Positions 10,673 to 19,525 of a DNA stretch of 64,000 bases are shown here, in pieces (positions within the stretch are counted from its first letter, which is position 1; each line of letters begins with the position of its first letter). This DNA is from an uncultured candidatus Porisulfidus sp. (GTDB lineage: Bacteria > Pseudomonadota > Gammaproteobacteria > Poriferisulfidales > Poriferisulfidaceae): assembly GCA_965204575.1 (NCBI GenBank), contig OZ241993.1:1600001-1664000 (forward strand), given 5' to 3'. The position numbers and the translations under genes are program-made. Under the pieces are notes generated by a model that saw only the letters and a program-made list of their open reading frames with translations, ran no database searches and had not been told where the DNA came from.

Positions 10673-13600
10673 CTACTCTTCCGAACCTGGCTCGGCTTCC
10701 GAAATCTCTTCGATGATCGGGTCCGACCAAGGGCCGGTGACCCGGTAGGTGACTGCCGTCGCGTCGTCAATGCCGAGGCCAAGCCATTCCAGCACTTTGT
10801 TGCCGACATAGACCCCGGCAACCCCGAGCGGCCCTCCAACCGCGCCGATCACCGGCAACAATGCACTGGTTTCAGGCGTGGCCACCACTGTCAGATCGTA
10901 GTCTTCGTCTTCGACTCCGATGCGGCCAATGATCAGGAACTGTGCCGATGGGCCGATGATGCGGAATTCACTGGTGTTCAGATTGCCCTGCAGAAAACTG
11001 AATTCTCCCTCTGCCGTCTCATAGGTGAATCCACCCCGGACCACGTCATCGAAATCAAGCGACAGGCGTTTGAAAATCATTTCGAGGTTCAGCAACGCTA
11101 GGATGCGGGCCAGTTCCGGGGCCACATTCCGAATCCGTCCGTCTTTCCCGTTTATATCGATCTTGCCCTGAAGATTCCTGAATTTGTAGTCCTGAGGGGC
11201 TCCGGGCCACTGGAGGGCCACATCCATATCGATCACTCCCTTGCGCAAAGGGTTCTGAACCGACCAGTGATTCAGTGTCTCGTGCAAGTCATCCGTGTGT
11301 GCCTTACCTTGAAGCAGGGTAAGGTGTTTGCCATTCTCCAGCTTCCAATACCCTTTCAAGTCCATGTCGAATTCGCGGGATTTCGCCTGCAGCTGGTCGA
11401 TCGTGATCTGCCGGTCACCCGGAGATGTCACAAGCGTTGCGTCGTGCATTTCGTAGAGCCCGATTTGCAGTAGTTTAAATTCCAGGGCCAGAGGCGGGAT
11501 GCTCTGGGGCTTGAGGTCCGTACTTTCCACATCCGCCACGGTCTCCAGGTATGATCCGGGAAGACGTAGCCAGTTAAAAGCCCCTCTGGCCCGCTTTCCT
11601 TCCCCTTTGGGAAAATCGACCACGCCTTGCATGATCGGCGCGTCAATGGCAAATCGATCAAATTCCTCGGCAAATCGTACCGACACTTCCGCATCGTGAA
11701 TCTCAAAACTGCCGACTTTCAGGAGGCCCAGCTCCAGGCCCTCGATTTTCAGCCAGAGACCTTCCGGTCCCGCACGCTGTTCTCTCCAGTCAATCCAGTC
11801 CTGCACACTGGTTTCCGGCAAACTTCCGGTCAGAATTAATTGGGAATCCGAACGCGGTTGCGGCATTTCCGATCCCAGGCTAACGGTTCCACTCACCTCT
11901 CCCTCAGGAGTCACTTCGATCCGCGCACGTGCCCGGTCCACATATTCGACCGTGAAGCTCCCCCTGCCATCAAATTCGATGTCCGCTTCTACCTGGATCG
12001 GCTGCTCACTCTTCGCCACCTTGCCCAGAGGCTCCGGCAAATCGATCGAGATTCCGCGAAAGTCGCTGCTTGCCTGCACGGTTAGATTCTTCTGGAGGGA
12101 TTTTTCTGCCACGCCGGGGAGCAACATTTCGATGTTCCAGGCAGAATGCCCCTCAAGCCAGGAAAAAGCCGGTCGAATCTCTCGCGGCATGTAATCCGTG
12201 ATCGATGCAGACGCCTGCATCTTGATCTGCATATCTCCTGTCGAAACCGTTGCGAGTCCAATGCGGGCAGGGTGTCCTGCAAACCGGGCATCCAAGGAGC
12301 CGAACAATGCCTCATCTTCGTATTCCAGGTTCCCTTTGATCGCGTCCAGCCGGACATCGTTGGCCGTAATGTCGAGGTGGTTACCGGAAAGCTTCAGAAT
12401 CCCTTTCAACGCGAACTCGTGATCCAAGCGTTCGTCCAACGGAAGATTCAACTGGAGATCCAATGTTGAATCCCCCCCGAACTTGAGAACCTGGTTGAAC
12501 GTCGGTGCCATCCATTCGACTTGCTCAAGAAATTCCGGGACATCGCTCACCGGCCCGTTCACGACACTGCTTGAATGCAGGTCCATCAGGCTCAGGTCAT
12601 CAATCCAGAGCGCTCCGTAGCTGATGTTGGACTCTTTGAGCCTCGCCTCTCGAATGGTGAGATGCAGTGACGCCTTGTCGAGAAAAACTTTCCCATTGAT
12701 GCCTCTGAAAATAGGCAATCCCGGTTCATAGTCCAGATCGACCTCGTGCAGGCTGCCATCCATGGTCAATTCCGAACCGGCTGCCGCAAGCATGTCGGGC
12801 GAAAACGGCCCAGCCAAACGCAATCGCGCATTGCTCAAGCGACCTGCCTTGAATGCCGACCGGACCCATCGCTCATCGGCTTCCAGCAGCAGGCCGGGAG
12901 GCACCCATTGCGACACGACAGCCAAATCCGCATGTTCGATGTCAAGATCTGCATGGAGCTTGCGCAGTTCCCCAGCCCCCATCGAAATGTCGCCGCGGAA
13001 TTGCAGGGCGGGGTTCGACACCTGAAGATCTGTCAGCCTGAACGCGCAACAGTCTTCGGCCGGCCACCAATCCAGCTGGAACTTCGCCGGACCCGGCCGA
13101 AATTTGTCCAGATGCCATGGCGCGTAGGAAATCGTCGAGTCTTTCGAGTCCAGACTGAGGCGGATGCCCTGTTCGGACCCATCCACCGTGCCGTCAAGGC
13201 CCGTCACCCGAAAATCTTGCTCTGGCATCGAAATCTCGAGCCCTTCCATTCCTGCATGGATACGGTAGCGGGGCGGGTCGTCCCAATTGATCTCTCCGGT
13301 CAACCGGGAAAGAATCCCGGACGTAATACTGCCGGGAAGGAAATCCTCCATCCGATACCCGGCGATCCCGGCAACTCGCCTCGCGCGTTTGATGTCCAGC
13401 GAAGTCAGATAACCGCGGGTGAACTTTTCGCCATGTTCGATGTATACCCCATCCGCAACCTCATGCTGATCCAGTTCCAGTTGTTCCAACGCAACCGCGT
13501 AACCTTCTTCCAGAGTCCGCCATTTAAGTGCCGCCGCCAACCGCCGCCAATCCGATCCTTCAGAACGCGGCTGCTCCAATTCAATCCACACTCCGGCCAG

Positions 13601-14374
13601 TTGCGGAACATCGGTCTCCCAAACCAACTGCGCTTCGGTCCGCAAGCGTGCGTTTTCCGGCAACCGCTTCGCCAGCGGCAGCGCATTCTCCGGAAGCCAG
13701 GGCAGCAACTGTGCCAACCGCATGCGTTCAAGCCGGATTATCCCGTTCCCTGAGTTCATGGAGTTGAATTCCGCCTGCAGTTCGAAGCCTAAGTCGTTTG
13801 GTTCCTTCGTCCGATTTCGCACCAATACTTCGAGGCCCCACAAGCCGAAGGCCATGTCCATATCCACCTCGCCCAGATCCAGCCGATTGTCGGTCTTCTG
13901 GTCAAACAGCACGGTCGCGACCTTCCGCAGGTGGATGCGATCAACAGGAAAATCCAGGCTTGGGCCAAGCTGCCCCATCGGCATCCCTTTCAACCCCCAC
14001 TGCCCGTCCTGCAGGCGTTGCAGCCGAATGGCGCCGCCGCTCACGGAGATTCGCTCCGGAACCAAAGACAGGGAAAACAGGCTCTTGAGCAGGTCGAGGT
14101 TAAGCGCCACTTGGCCGAAACGATGCTCGACTTTCGCATCATCAAATTTCAGCGTTACATCATCCAGGATGATGGAAGGATAGACTCCTCGCCACTCGCT
14201 GGCAGCCTGCCCGATCTCCATCTGCACTTCGAATGCTTCGGAAGCCCAGTGGCTCAAATAAGGGTGGACATCATCCAGCGTCAGCAAGGCGATGCGCAAT
14301 GCTGTCGAGATCAGGGCCAGCACCCCTACGACCGAGGCCAGCGCCAGACCTAGATAGCCGCCGAGTTTGTTCAT
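10673..14374 (-). CDS. yhdP: YhdP-family AsmA-like envelope/phospholipid transport protein
   Basis: 1233 aa, N-terminal TM segment, C-terminal RLSLDFDDV...YRVTGPWSDP typical of YhdP; lies downstream of maf. Confidence 0.85.
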   Translation of the reverse strand: MNKLGGYLGLALASVVGVLALISTALRIALLTLDDVHPYLSHWASEAFEVQMEIGQAASEWRGVYPSIILDDVTLKFDDAKVEHRFGQVALNLDLLKSLFSLSLVPERISVSGGAIRLQRLQDGQWGLKGMPMGQLGPSLDFPVDRIHLRKVATVLFDQKTDNRLDLGEVDMDMAFGLWGLEVLVRNRTKEPNDLGFELQAEFNSMNSGNGIIRLERMRLAQLLPWLPENALPLAKRLPENARLRTEAQLVWETDVPQLAGVWIELEQPRSEGSDWRRLAAALKWRTLEEGYAVALEQLELDQHEVADGVYIEHGEKFTRGYLTSLDIKRARRVAGIAGYRMEDFLPGSITSGILSRLTGEINWDDPPRYRIHAGMEGLEISMPEQDFRVTGLDGTVDGSEQGIRLSLDSKDSTISYAPWHLDKFRPGPAKFQLDWWPAEDCCAFRLTDLQVSNPALQFRGDISMGAGELRKLHADLDIEHADLAVVSQWVPPGLLLEADERWVRSAFKAGRLSNARLRLAGPFSPDMLAAAGSELTMDGSLHEVDLDYEPGLPIFRGINGKVFLDKASLHLTIREARLKESNISYGALWIDDLSLMDLHSSSVVNGPVSDVPEFLEQVEWMAPTFNQVLKFGGDSTLDLQLNLPLDERLDHEFALKGILKLSGNHLDITANDVRLDAIKGNLEYEDEALFGSLDARFAGHPARIGLATVSTGDMQIKMQASASITDYMPREIRPAFSWLEGHSAWNIEMLLPGVAEKSLQKNLTVQASSDFRGISIDLPEPLGKVAKSEQPIQVEADIEFDGRGSFTVEYVDRARARIEVTPEGEVSGTVSLGSEMPQPRSDSQLILTGSLPETSVQDWIDWREQRAGPEGLWLKIEGLELGLLKVGSFEIHDAEVSVRFAEEFDRFAIDAPIMQGVVDFPKGEGKRARGAFNWLRLPGSYLETVADVESTDLKPQSIPPLALEFKLLQIGLYEMHDATLVTSPGDRQITIDQLQAKSREFDMDLKGYWKLENGKHLTLLQGKAHTDDLHETLNHWSVQNPLRKGVIDMDVALQWPGAPQDYKFRNLQGKIDINGKDGRIRNVAPELARILALLNLEMIFKRLSLDFDDVVRGGFTYETAEGEFSFLQGNLNTSEFRIIGPSAQFLIIGRIGVEDEDYDLTVVATPETSALLPVIGAVGGPLGVAGVYVGNKVLEWLGLGIDDATAVTYRVTGPWSDPIIEEISEAEPGSEE

Positions 14375-14483
14375 AGATAGTGCGGGCGGAGTTGCTTGGT
14401 TCGGTGCGCAGATTCGATTATCCGGCGCACCCGAAGTACGGGCGGCCGGTTAACCCCTGTATTGTAAGAGAATTGAAACGGGG

Positions 14484-15074
14484 CTACTGCGCCGGAACGG
14501 CCCTTGGATTCAGGATGATTCCGAATTCCGACAATGCGGAACAAGTCTCGTACAACGGCAACCCGACCACGTTGGTATAACTGCCGCGAATTTCCCGTAT
14601 CCGGCTCCCCGCCCGACCCTGTATTGCGTACCCGCCCGCCTTGTCTTTTGGTTCGCCGCTTTCCCAGTACGCCTTGATCCAGGCTGAAGACAGACGGCCA
14701 AACACGACCGTGGTCACGCAGTGAAAAACTTTCTGTTGGCCTTCCGAAACGACGCAGACACCACTGATCACATCATGAGAAGCATCGCTGAATGCTTCCA
14801 TCATCGCCGCGTAATCCTCGTAATCCCTGGGCTTGCCCCGGGGCTCCCCCCGGCATAAGACTACAGTATCTGCTGCCAGCACCACCGCCCCGGGATGTTT
14901 CTGCAGACAAGCTTCGGCCTTGCCTTGCGCCAACCGTATCACTAGCCCGGCACCGTTTTCCTCCGAACGGGGCGACTCATCGATCGAAACCGGATGCGGT
15001 TCAAAATCAATCCCCGCCATGCAAAGCAATTCGGCCCGCCTCGGCGAAGCCGAAGCCAGAATCAAGCGACTCAT
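14484..15074 (-). CDS. maf: Maf family nucleoside triphosphate pyrophosphatase (YhdE-like)
   Basis: LILASASPRRAELL, VLAADTVV, KAGGYAIQG, GSYTNVVGLP. Confidence 0.93.
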   Translation of the reverse strand: MSRLILASASPRRAELLCMAGIDFEPHPVSIDESPRSEENGAGLVIRLAQGKAEACLQKHPGAVVLAADTVVLCRGEPRGKPRDYEDYAAMMEAFSDASHDVISGVCVVSEGQQKVFHCVTTVVFGRLSSAWIKAYWESGEPKDKAGGYAIQGRAGSRIREIRGSYTNVVGLPLYETCSALSEFGIILNPRAVPAQ

Positions 15075-15418
15075 TGACCGGCGCTGGCGCGCACTTCAGC
15101 CGGCGGGACCGACCAAAGTTTCTCCAGGGCATACAGCTGACGAGTTTCCGGCAGCATGACATGCACCACGACGTCTCCCACATCCAATAAGACCCAATCG
15201 CGGCTGCTTTCTTCGGAGACCCGGCCCATGCGGGCTTCACGCACTCTCTCCACAACCCGATCCGCGATGCTGCGCACGTGCCGGTCGGAACGCCCGCTCG
15301 CGACGACCATATAGATTGTTATTGTTGTCTTGTCCCGAACATCCAGCACCGCCATCTCTTCGGCTTTCATGTCCTCCAATGCATCGATCACCAACTGCTT
15401 GAGTGCATCGGCTTCCAT
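15071..15418 (-). CDS. rsfS: Ribosome silencing factor RsfS
   Basis: LEDMKAEE, ASGRSDRHV, WVLLDVGDVVVHVM, YALEKLW. Confidence 0.94.
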   Translation of the reverse strand: MEADALKQLVIDALEDMKAEEMAVLDVRDKTTITIYMVVASGRSDRHVRSIADRVVERVREARMGRVSEESSRDWVLLDVGDVVVHVMLPETRQLYALEKLWSVPPAEVRASAGQ

Positions 15419-15447
15419 TCGGAAATCAGTCTCCAGCAGCGCTCAGC

Positions 15448-16065
15448 CTAGTCTAGATACAGGCGATGGTGACGAATGTAGGCCCATACGGGGCCTGGAA
15501 CACAATAACGCGGCGGCGTGCCGGCACGGATGAGATCGCGGATCTGAGTGGACGAAAAATCGTACAAGGTCCCTTGGTGCAGATAAATCCTACCACAGGG
15601 TGATTGCCGCAGGGTTTCGGGGTCTCGGGTACAACGCGAACTCCACGAATCCGGCAGAGATTGTTCCAATTCACTTCCCGGGCGCGCAACGGCAGCCACA
15701 TGGCACAACTGGATCAGCTCCTCGGCGCGATGCCAGGACGGGAGCCCCTGCAACGCGTCAGCCCCAACCAGAAGGCATAAAGGAGTTGGATCCTCGTCCT
15801 TTAGGGAACACAGCGTGTTATAGGTATAGGACGGCTCCGGACTCTTCAGTTCCCGGTCATCCGCGACCATTTTCACGCCATCCGTGACCAGCCGCACCAT
15901 GTTCCAGCGGTGCTCCGCGGAAGCTTGCGGCGATACGCGGTGCACCGGGTGGCCGCAGGGAATCATGCGAATCTCTGTCAGGCCCAGGATCGGCATCAGT
16001 TCCAGCGCAGGCCGGTAATGCCCGAAATGGATGGGGTCGAACACTCCACCGAGAATGCCACGCAT
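15448..16065 (-). CDS. nadD: Nicotinate-nucleotide adenylyltransferase
   Basis: GGVFDPIHFGH (HxGH), PSYT, LVGADA, WHR, SSTQIR. Confidence 0.93.
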   Translation of the reverse strand: MRGILGGVFDPIHFGHYRPALELMPILGLTEIRMIPCGHPVHRVSPQASAEHRWNMVRLVTDGVKMVADDRELKSPEPSYTYNTLCSLKDEDPTPLCLLVGADALQGLPSWHRAEELIQLCHVAAVARPGSELEQSLPDSWSSRCTRDPETLRQSPCGRIYLHQGTLYDFSSTQIRDLIRAGTPPRYCVPGPVWAYIRHHRLYLD

Positions 16066-16068
16066 GGG

Positions 16069-17808
16069 CTAAAGCGACTCGATGTGTTGGATGTTCAACA
16101 TGCAGGATCGGTGCCCCTGATACTCATCCACGCTCAGTTCGTACACTAGCCTGAACCGAGAACTCTCCGGATCCCAGTCGAAGCGGTCGTGAGAAAACGC
16201 CATGGCCTTGATTCGGCGTTCCGGATGTCCGATTGGATTGAGATGGAACCGAGTGTGGGCACCCTTGAAAGTCCGACGATCCTGAATCTCGAACTCGCCC
16301 TCGAACAGCGGCGGCAGGAAATCCCTTCCCCAAGGATGGCCGAGTACGGCGAATTCTGCATTTTCAAGCGTCAATTCATCGCTAGCCAGTTCGCCGTCCG
16401 TCTCAATGGTCTGGCTCGGCCGCACGCCCCCTAACGCTTTCGAGACAGCCTGTTCCAGCAGAGCCTGAAATCGCTCCAGCCGACTTTCCTCCAACGTCAA
16501 CCCCACCGCCATCGCATGGCCCCCGTAACGCTGCATCAGCCCTGGCTCCGCCTGCTCCACATCGACCAGCGCGTCCCGGAGGTTGAGGCCCGAAACCGAG
16601 CGCCCGGACCCTTTCAAAAGGTTGTCCTGACTTTGGGCAAACACGATGGTCGGCAAACCGCACCGCTCCTTGATGCGCGACGCGATGATGCCCACCACAC
16701 CCTCGTGCCAATTCGGCCGGTAAAGGCATAGGCTCATTGCCTGGTCGGTTTCAAGGGACAACTGTTCGACCTCGCGCAACGCTTCGGCATGCATCGAGCC
16801 TTCCTCGTCACGCCGCCGGGTGTTGATCTGATTCAACTGCTCGGCGAGATCGTGGGCTTCGACACGGCCTTCCGCAAGGAGGCACCGGATTCCGATCGCG
16901 ATGTCTTCCATTCTCCCGGCCGCATTGATGCGCGGCGCCACCGCGAATGCCAGGTCCGTGCTGCCGACCTGCCTCGGGTCGCGTCTGCCGTAGCGAAGAA
17001 GAGAAACGATCCCGGGAGCCCCCCGACCTTGCCGGATACACCGCAACCCATGTTCCACCAGAATTCGGTTGTTCCGGTCCAGCGGCACAACATCGGCCAC
17101 CGTGCCCAGCGCCACCAGGTCCAGGAACTGAGCCATGTTTGGTGCTTCGATGCCCTTTTGGGCAAACCATCCTTCCTTCTCCAAGTGCTGGCGCAAAGCC
17201 AGCATCACGTAAAACATGACTCCGACACCCGCAAGAGCCGTGCTTGCAAAACTGTCGGGGGGGCTGTTTGGGTTGACGATGCAATCAGCCTCGGGCAGAT
17301 CGTCACTTGGAAGGTGATGGTCGGTAATCAGCACCCGGATGCCACGCTTGCGGGCCTCTGCCACTGCCGCCTGGCTCGACATCCCATTGTCGACCGTCAC
17401 AATCAGGGCGGGATCTCGCTGCTCGACTTCCTCCATCAATTCCGGGCAGAACCCGTAGCCGTGCTGGAAACGATCCGGCACCAGATAGTCCACATTCCCG
17501 TAGCCCATCGCATGCAGGCTGCGTATCGCGACGGCCACGCCTGTCGCACCGTCCGCGTCGTAATCGCCAACCAACAGAATGTGCCCGTCCTCGCGCATCA
17601 CGGAATGCATCATTTCTGCCGCCTGAACACAGGCTGGGAATTCGTTGACCGAGTGTAGCTGCCGCAGCGACAGTTCAAGCTCGTCCGGATCGGTGATTCC
17701 GCGCTGGGCGAACACCCGCCGTTGTAGCGGCGGCAAGGCCTGAAGCGCATCCAGCGCTTCTGGAGAAGCGCTCCTGCGGGTGATTTTGGGTTGAGGCCGA
17801 GTATTCAA
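16069..17808 (-). CDS. recJ: ssDNA-specific exonuclease RecJ
   Basis: GDYDADG, TVDNG, TDHH, LGTVADVVPL, PRINAAGR, GSGRS, GGHAMAVG; TTG start, exact start uncertain. Confidence 0.95.
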   Translation of the reverse strand: MNTRPQPKITRRSASPEALDALQALPPLQRRVFAQRGITDPDELELSLRQLHSVNEFPACVQAAEMMHSVMREDGHILLVGDYDADGATGVAVAIRSLHAMGYGNVDYLVPDRFQHGYGFCPELMEEVEQRDPALIVTVDNGMSSQAAVAEARKRGIRVLITDHHLPSDDLPEADCIVNPNSPPDSFASTALAGVGVMFYVMLALRQHLEKEGWFAQKGIEAPNMAQFLDLVALGTVADVVPLDRNNRILVEHGLRCIRQGRGAPGIVSLLRYGRRDPRQVGSTDLAFAVAPRINAAGRMEDIAIGIRCLLAEGRVEAHDLAEQLNQINTRRRDEEGSMHAEALREVEQLSLETDQAMSLCLYRPNWHEGVVGIIASRIKERCGLPTIVFAQSQDNLLKGSGRSVSGLNLRDALVDVEQAEPGLMQRYGGHAMAVGLTLEESRLERFQALLEQAVSKALGGVRPSQTIETDGELASDELTLENAEFAVLGHPWGRDFLPPLFEGEFEIQDRRTFKGAHTRFHLNPIGHPERRIKAMAFSHDRFDWDPESSRFRLVYELSVDEYQGHRSCMLNIQHIESL

Positions 17809-17902
17809 AAAACAGTGTGCTCGAATCTACAGCCACCCTAGGAATTCAGGTGGGTGAGCCGCAGGTTGGATTTTACAGGACTGCTTCCGACCGTATTCCG
17901 AC

Positions 17903-18190
17903 CTAAGCAGCCACGATTCGTTCGATGTTAATTTTGTGCTCCAAATCGCGCGACTGGGCAAGATCGAAAGCCAACTGCATACCGAGCCACGTTTCAGGGG
18001 TCGAGCCGAACGCCTTCGATAGACGGTAAGCCATCTCAATGGAAACGGATGCTTTCTCGTTGACCAGATTAGAAAGCGTCTGGCGTCCGACCCCCAGCCG
18101 ACTGGCAGCTTCTGTCACCGATAGGCCCAGAGGTTTCAAACACTCTTCCCGCACGATGATGCCGGGATGCACAGGATTTTTCATTGCCAT
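17903..18190 (-). CDS. higA: HigA-family (Xre HTH) antitoxin, now separated from its RBS and toxin by an insertion
   Basis: MAMKNPVHPGIIVREECLKPLGLSVTEAASRLGVGRQTLSNLVNEKASVSIEMAYRLSKAFGSTPETWLGMQ. Confidence 0.9.
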   Translation of the reverse strand: MAMKNPVHPGIIVREECLKPLGLSVTEAASRLGVGRQTLSNLVNEKASVSIEMAYRLSKAFGSTPETWLGMQLAFDLAQSRDLEHKINIERIVAA

Positions 18191-18195
18191 TTCAG

Positions 18196-18219
18196 GGAAA
18201 TTATGTATGAAAGTTGACA
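18196..18219. repeat. Terminal inverted repeat at the tnpB 3' end
   Basis: GGAAATTATGTATGAAAGTTGACA; the reverse complement of 18199-18219 equals 19488-19508 exactly. Confidence 0.92.
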
Positions 18220-18330
18220 GAGGATTCCTCGCCAACTTTCACCATTTCTTGACGCTTCCCAGGCCGACTGTGGCGGGATGCCCCGCCGGTGTCGCCACCT
18301 CCACGTCCAGTCGCCCCATTCCCGAAGGCC
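18196..18330 (-). ncRNA. Putative TnpB guide-scaffold RNA (omega/reRNA) region
   Basis: Hairpins GGCGGG-gcat-CCCGCC (18272-18287) and TGAAAGTTGGC-GAGG-aat-CCTC-t-GTCAACTTTCA (18208-18241) overlap the tnpB 3' end, where TnpB scaffolds are normally encoded. Boundaries are inferred. Confidence 0.5.
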
Positions 18331-19459
18331 AAGATGTTTAATGCGGCGTTCACATCCGCATCGTCCGCGTGCCCGCAAGCGGTGCACTTGAAGTCTGTTC
18401 CATTTCTGTTTTCTCATCGACGTGCCCGCATGAATGGCACGTCTGGCTAGTGTACGCCGGATGCACATGGCGCATTTCCATCTTGTAGTTCAGACACAGC
18501 TCCAGCGTGCCCCATGCGCTGGCCAGGATCTTCCGGTTGAGTCCTGACTTCTGTTTCACGTTCTTGCCGGGTTTCTCCACCGTGCCCTTGGCCGACTTCG
18601 TCATGCCCCGGATGTTCAGTTTTTCTACGTAAGCGACATCGTACTCGGAGGCAATGCTCTTGCTGACGTGGTGCGCCCAGTTGAGGCGGGCGAAGCGTTC
18701 CGCCTGGTACGCCTTCTGCAACTTCACCTTGGTGATCGCCCTACGGTTGCTTCCCTTCACCTGCCGTGCCATCTTGCGCTGGTAGCGCCTACGTTTTGCC
18801 ACCTTCCTCCCCAAGTCCGGGCCCGGGTACTTCGTGCCGTCCGAAAGAACCGCCCAACCATTCTCGTTTACATTGCGGTCGATTCCGACTTCCCGAATGC
18901 TGTGCGGAAGACTCGCTTCCGCCTGGACTTCATAGGTCAGGTAGGCGTACCACTTGCCGCATTCGTATCTGATCCGCCCGGACTTGAACTCGCCGTCCGG
19001 GTACGGATTGTTGCCGACCAGCTTCATCCAGCCGACCTTCTACACGAGCAGGCTTTCTCCCGCTACTCGTGCTGATTGATAATCAATCGGAAAACTTGGA
19101 ATAGTGCTGTACTTGCCGTGAAACTGCGGCAGTTTCCGGTTCAGTTTCCCGCCGGTCTCCCGATCCTTGAAGAATTCCTTGTAGGCCGTTTCGATAGGCT
19201 TCAAAGAGGTCCGGACCGCTTTTGACGAATAGCCCTGCAGCCACTTCGTCGTGCCATCCTCCCTCCGCATGACGGTGAAGACATGACACAGCGAATAGTG
19301 CCGAAAGTCCGGCTTGATTCCGAATTCGTACTCGTCCCTGAGCTTCCCGACCATGTGGTTCCAGACGAAGCGGCAGGCCCCGGCGGTGCCGTGCAACTGC
19401 TGGTTTTTTCGTGCAGAACCCGGATGCAGGCGGTAGCGGACGGTGCGGGGGACTTTCAT
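18201..19459 (-). pseudogene. tnpB: TnpB RNA-guided endonuclease, disrupted by one in-frame TAG and one 1-bp deletion
   Basis: N-terminal RYRLHP...GACRFVWN; in-frame TAG at 19040-19042 followed by KVGWMKL. RuvC-I GIDRN, RuvC-II VEKLNIRGM, TSQTCHSCGH. Restoring one A in the run at 18409-18412 gives KNRNGTDFKCTACGHADDADVNAALNIL (RuvC-III), ending at TAA 18201-18203 inside the TIR. Confidence 0.93.
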
Positions 19460-19487
19460 AGGAAGATTGTCTTCAAGGCTCCCTATT

Positions 19488-19511
19488 TGTCAACTTTCAT
19501 ACATAATTCCC
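19488..19511. repeat. Terminal inverted repeat at the tnpB 5' end
   Basis: TGTCAACTTTCATACATAATTCCC, i.e. GGGAATTATGTATGAAAGTTGACA on the minus strand. Confidence 0.92.
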
Positions 19512-19525
19512 CATTCCAGTATCTC

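Larger units (their letters stand above)
18196..19511 (-). mobile_element. Non-autonomous TIR element (IS1595-family-like ends) carrying tnpB as its only gene
   Basis: Terminal inverted repeats at 18196-18219 and 19488-19511 (21 bp perfect, 23/24 overall). Flanking direct repeats CATTTCAG (18188-18195) and CATTCCAG (19512-19519). No transposase ORF inside. Confidence 0.85.

Noticed and set aside
18191-18235. ORF-track start for higA at 18235 (MARNPLSTFIHNFPE...)
   Set aside because: It begins at a TTG inside the inserted element's hairpin and reads through the TIR; the native start is 18190 or 18184.
19040-19042. In-frame TAG in tnpB as programmed readthrough or pyrrolysine
   Set aside because: A second lesion (frameshift) exists, TAG is used as a normal stop elsewhere in the window, and no pyl genes are seen. 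Simple decay is more parsimonious.
18196-19511. Calling the tnpB unit an ordinary IS605/IS1341 element
   Set aside because: Those elements lack TIRs and TSDs. Here both are present, and the empty-site reconstruction fits the TIR boundaries.
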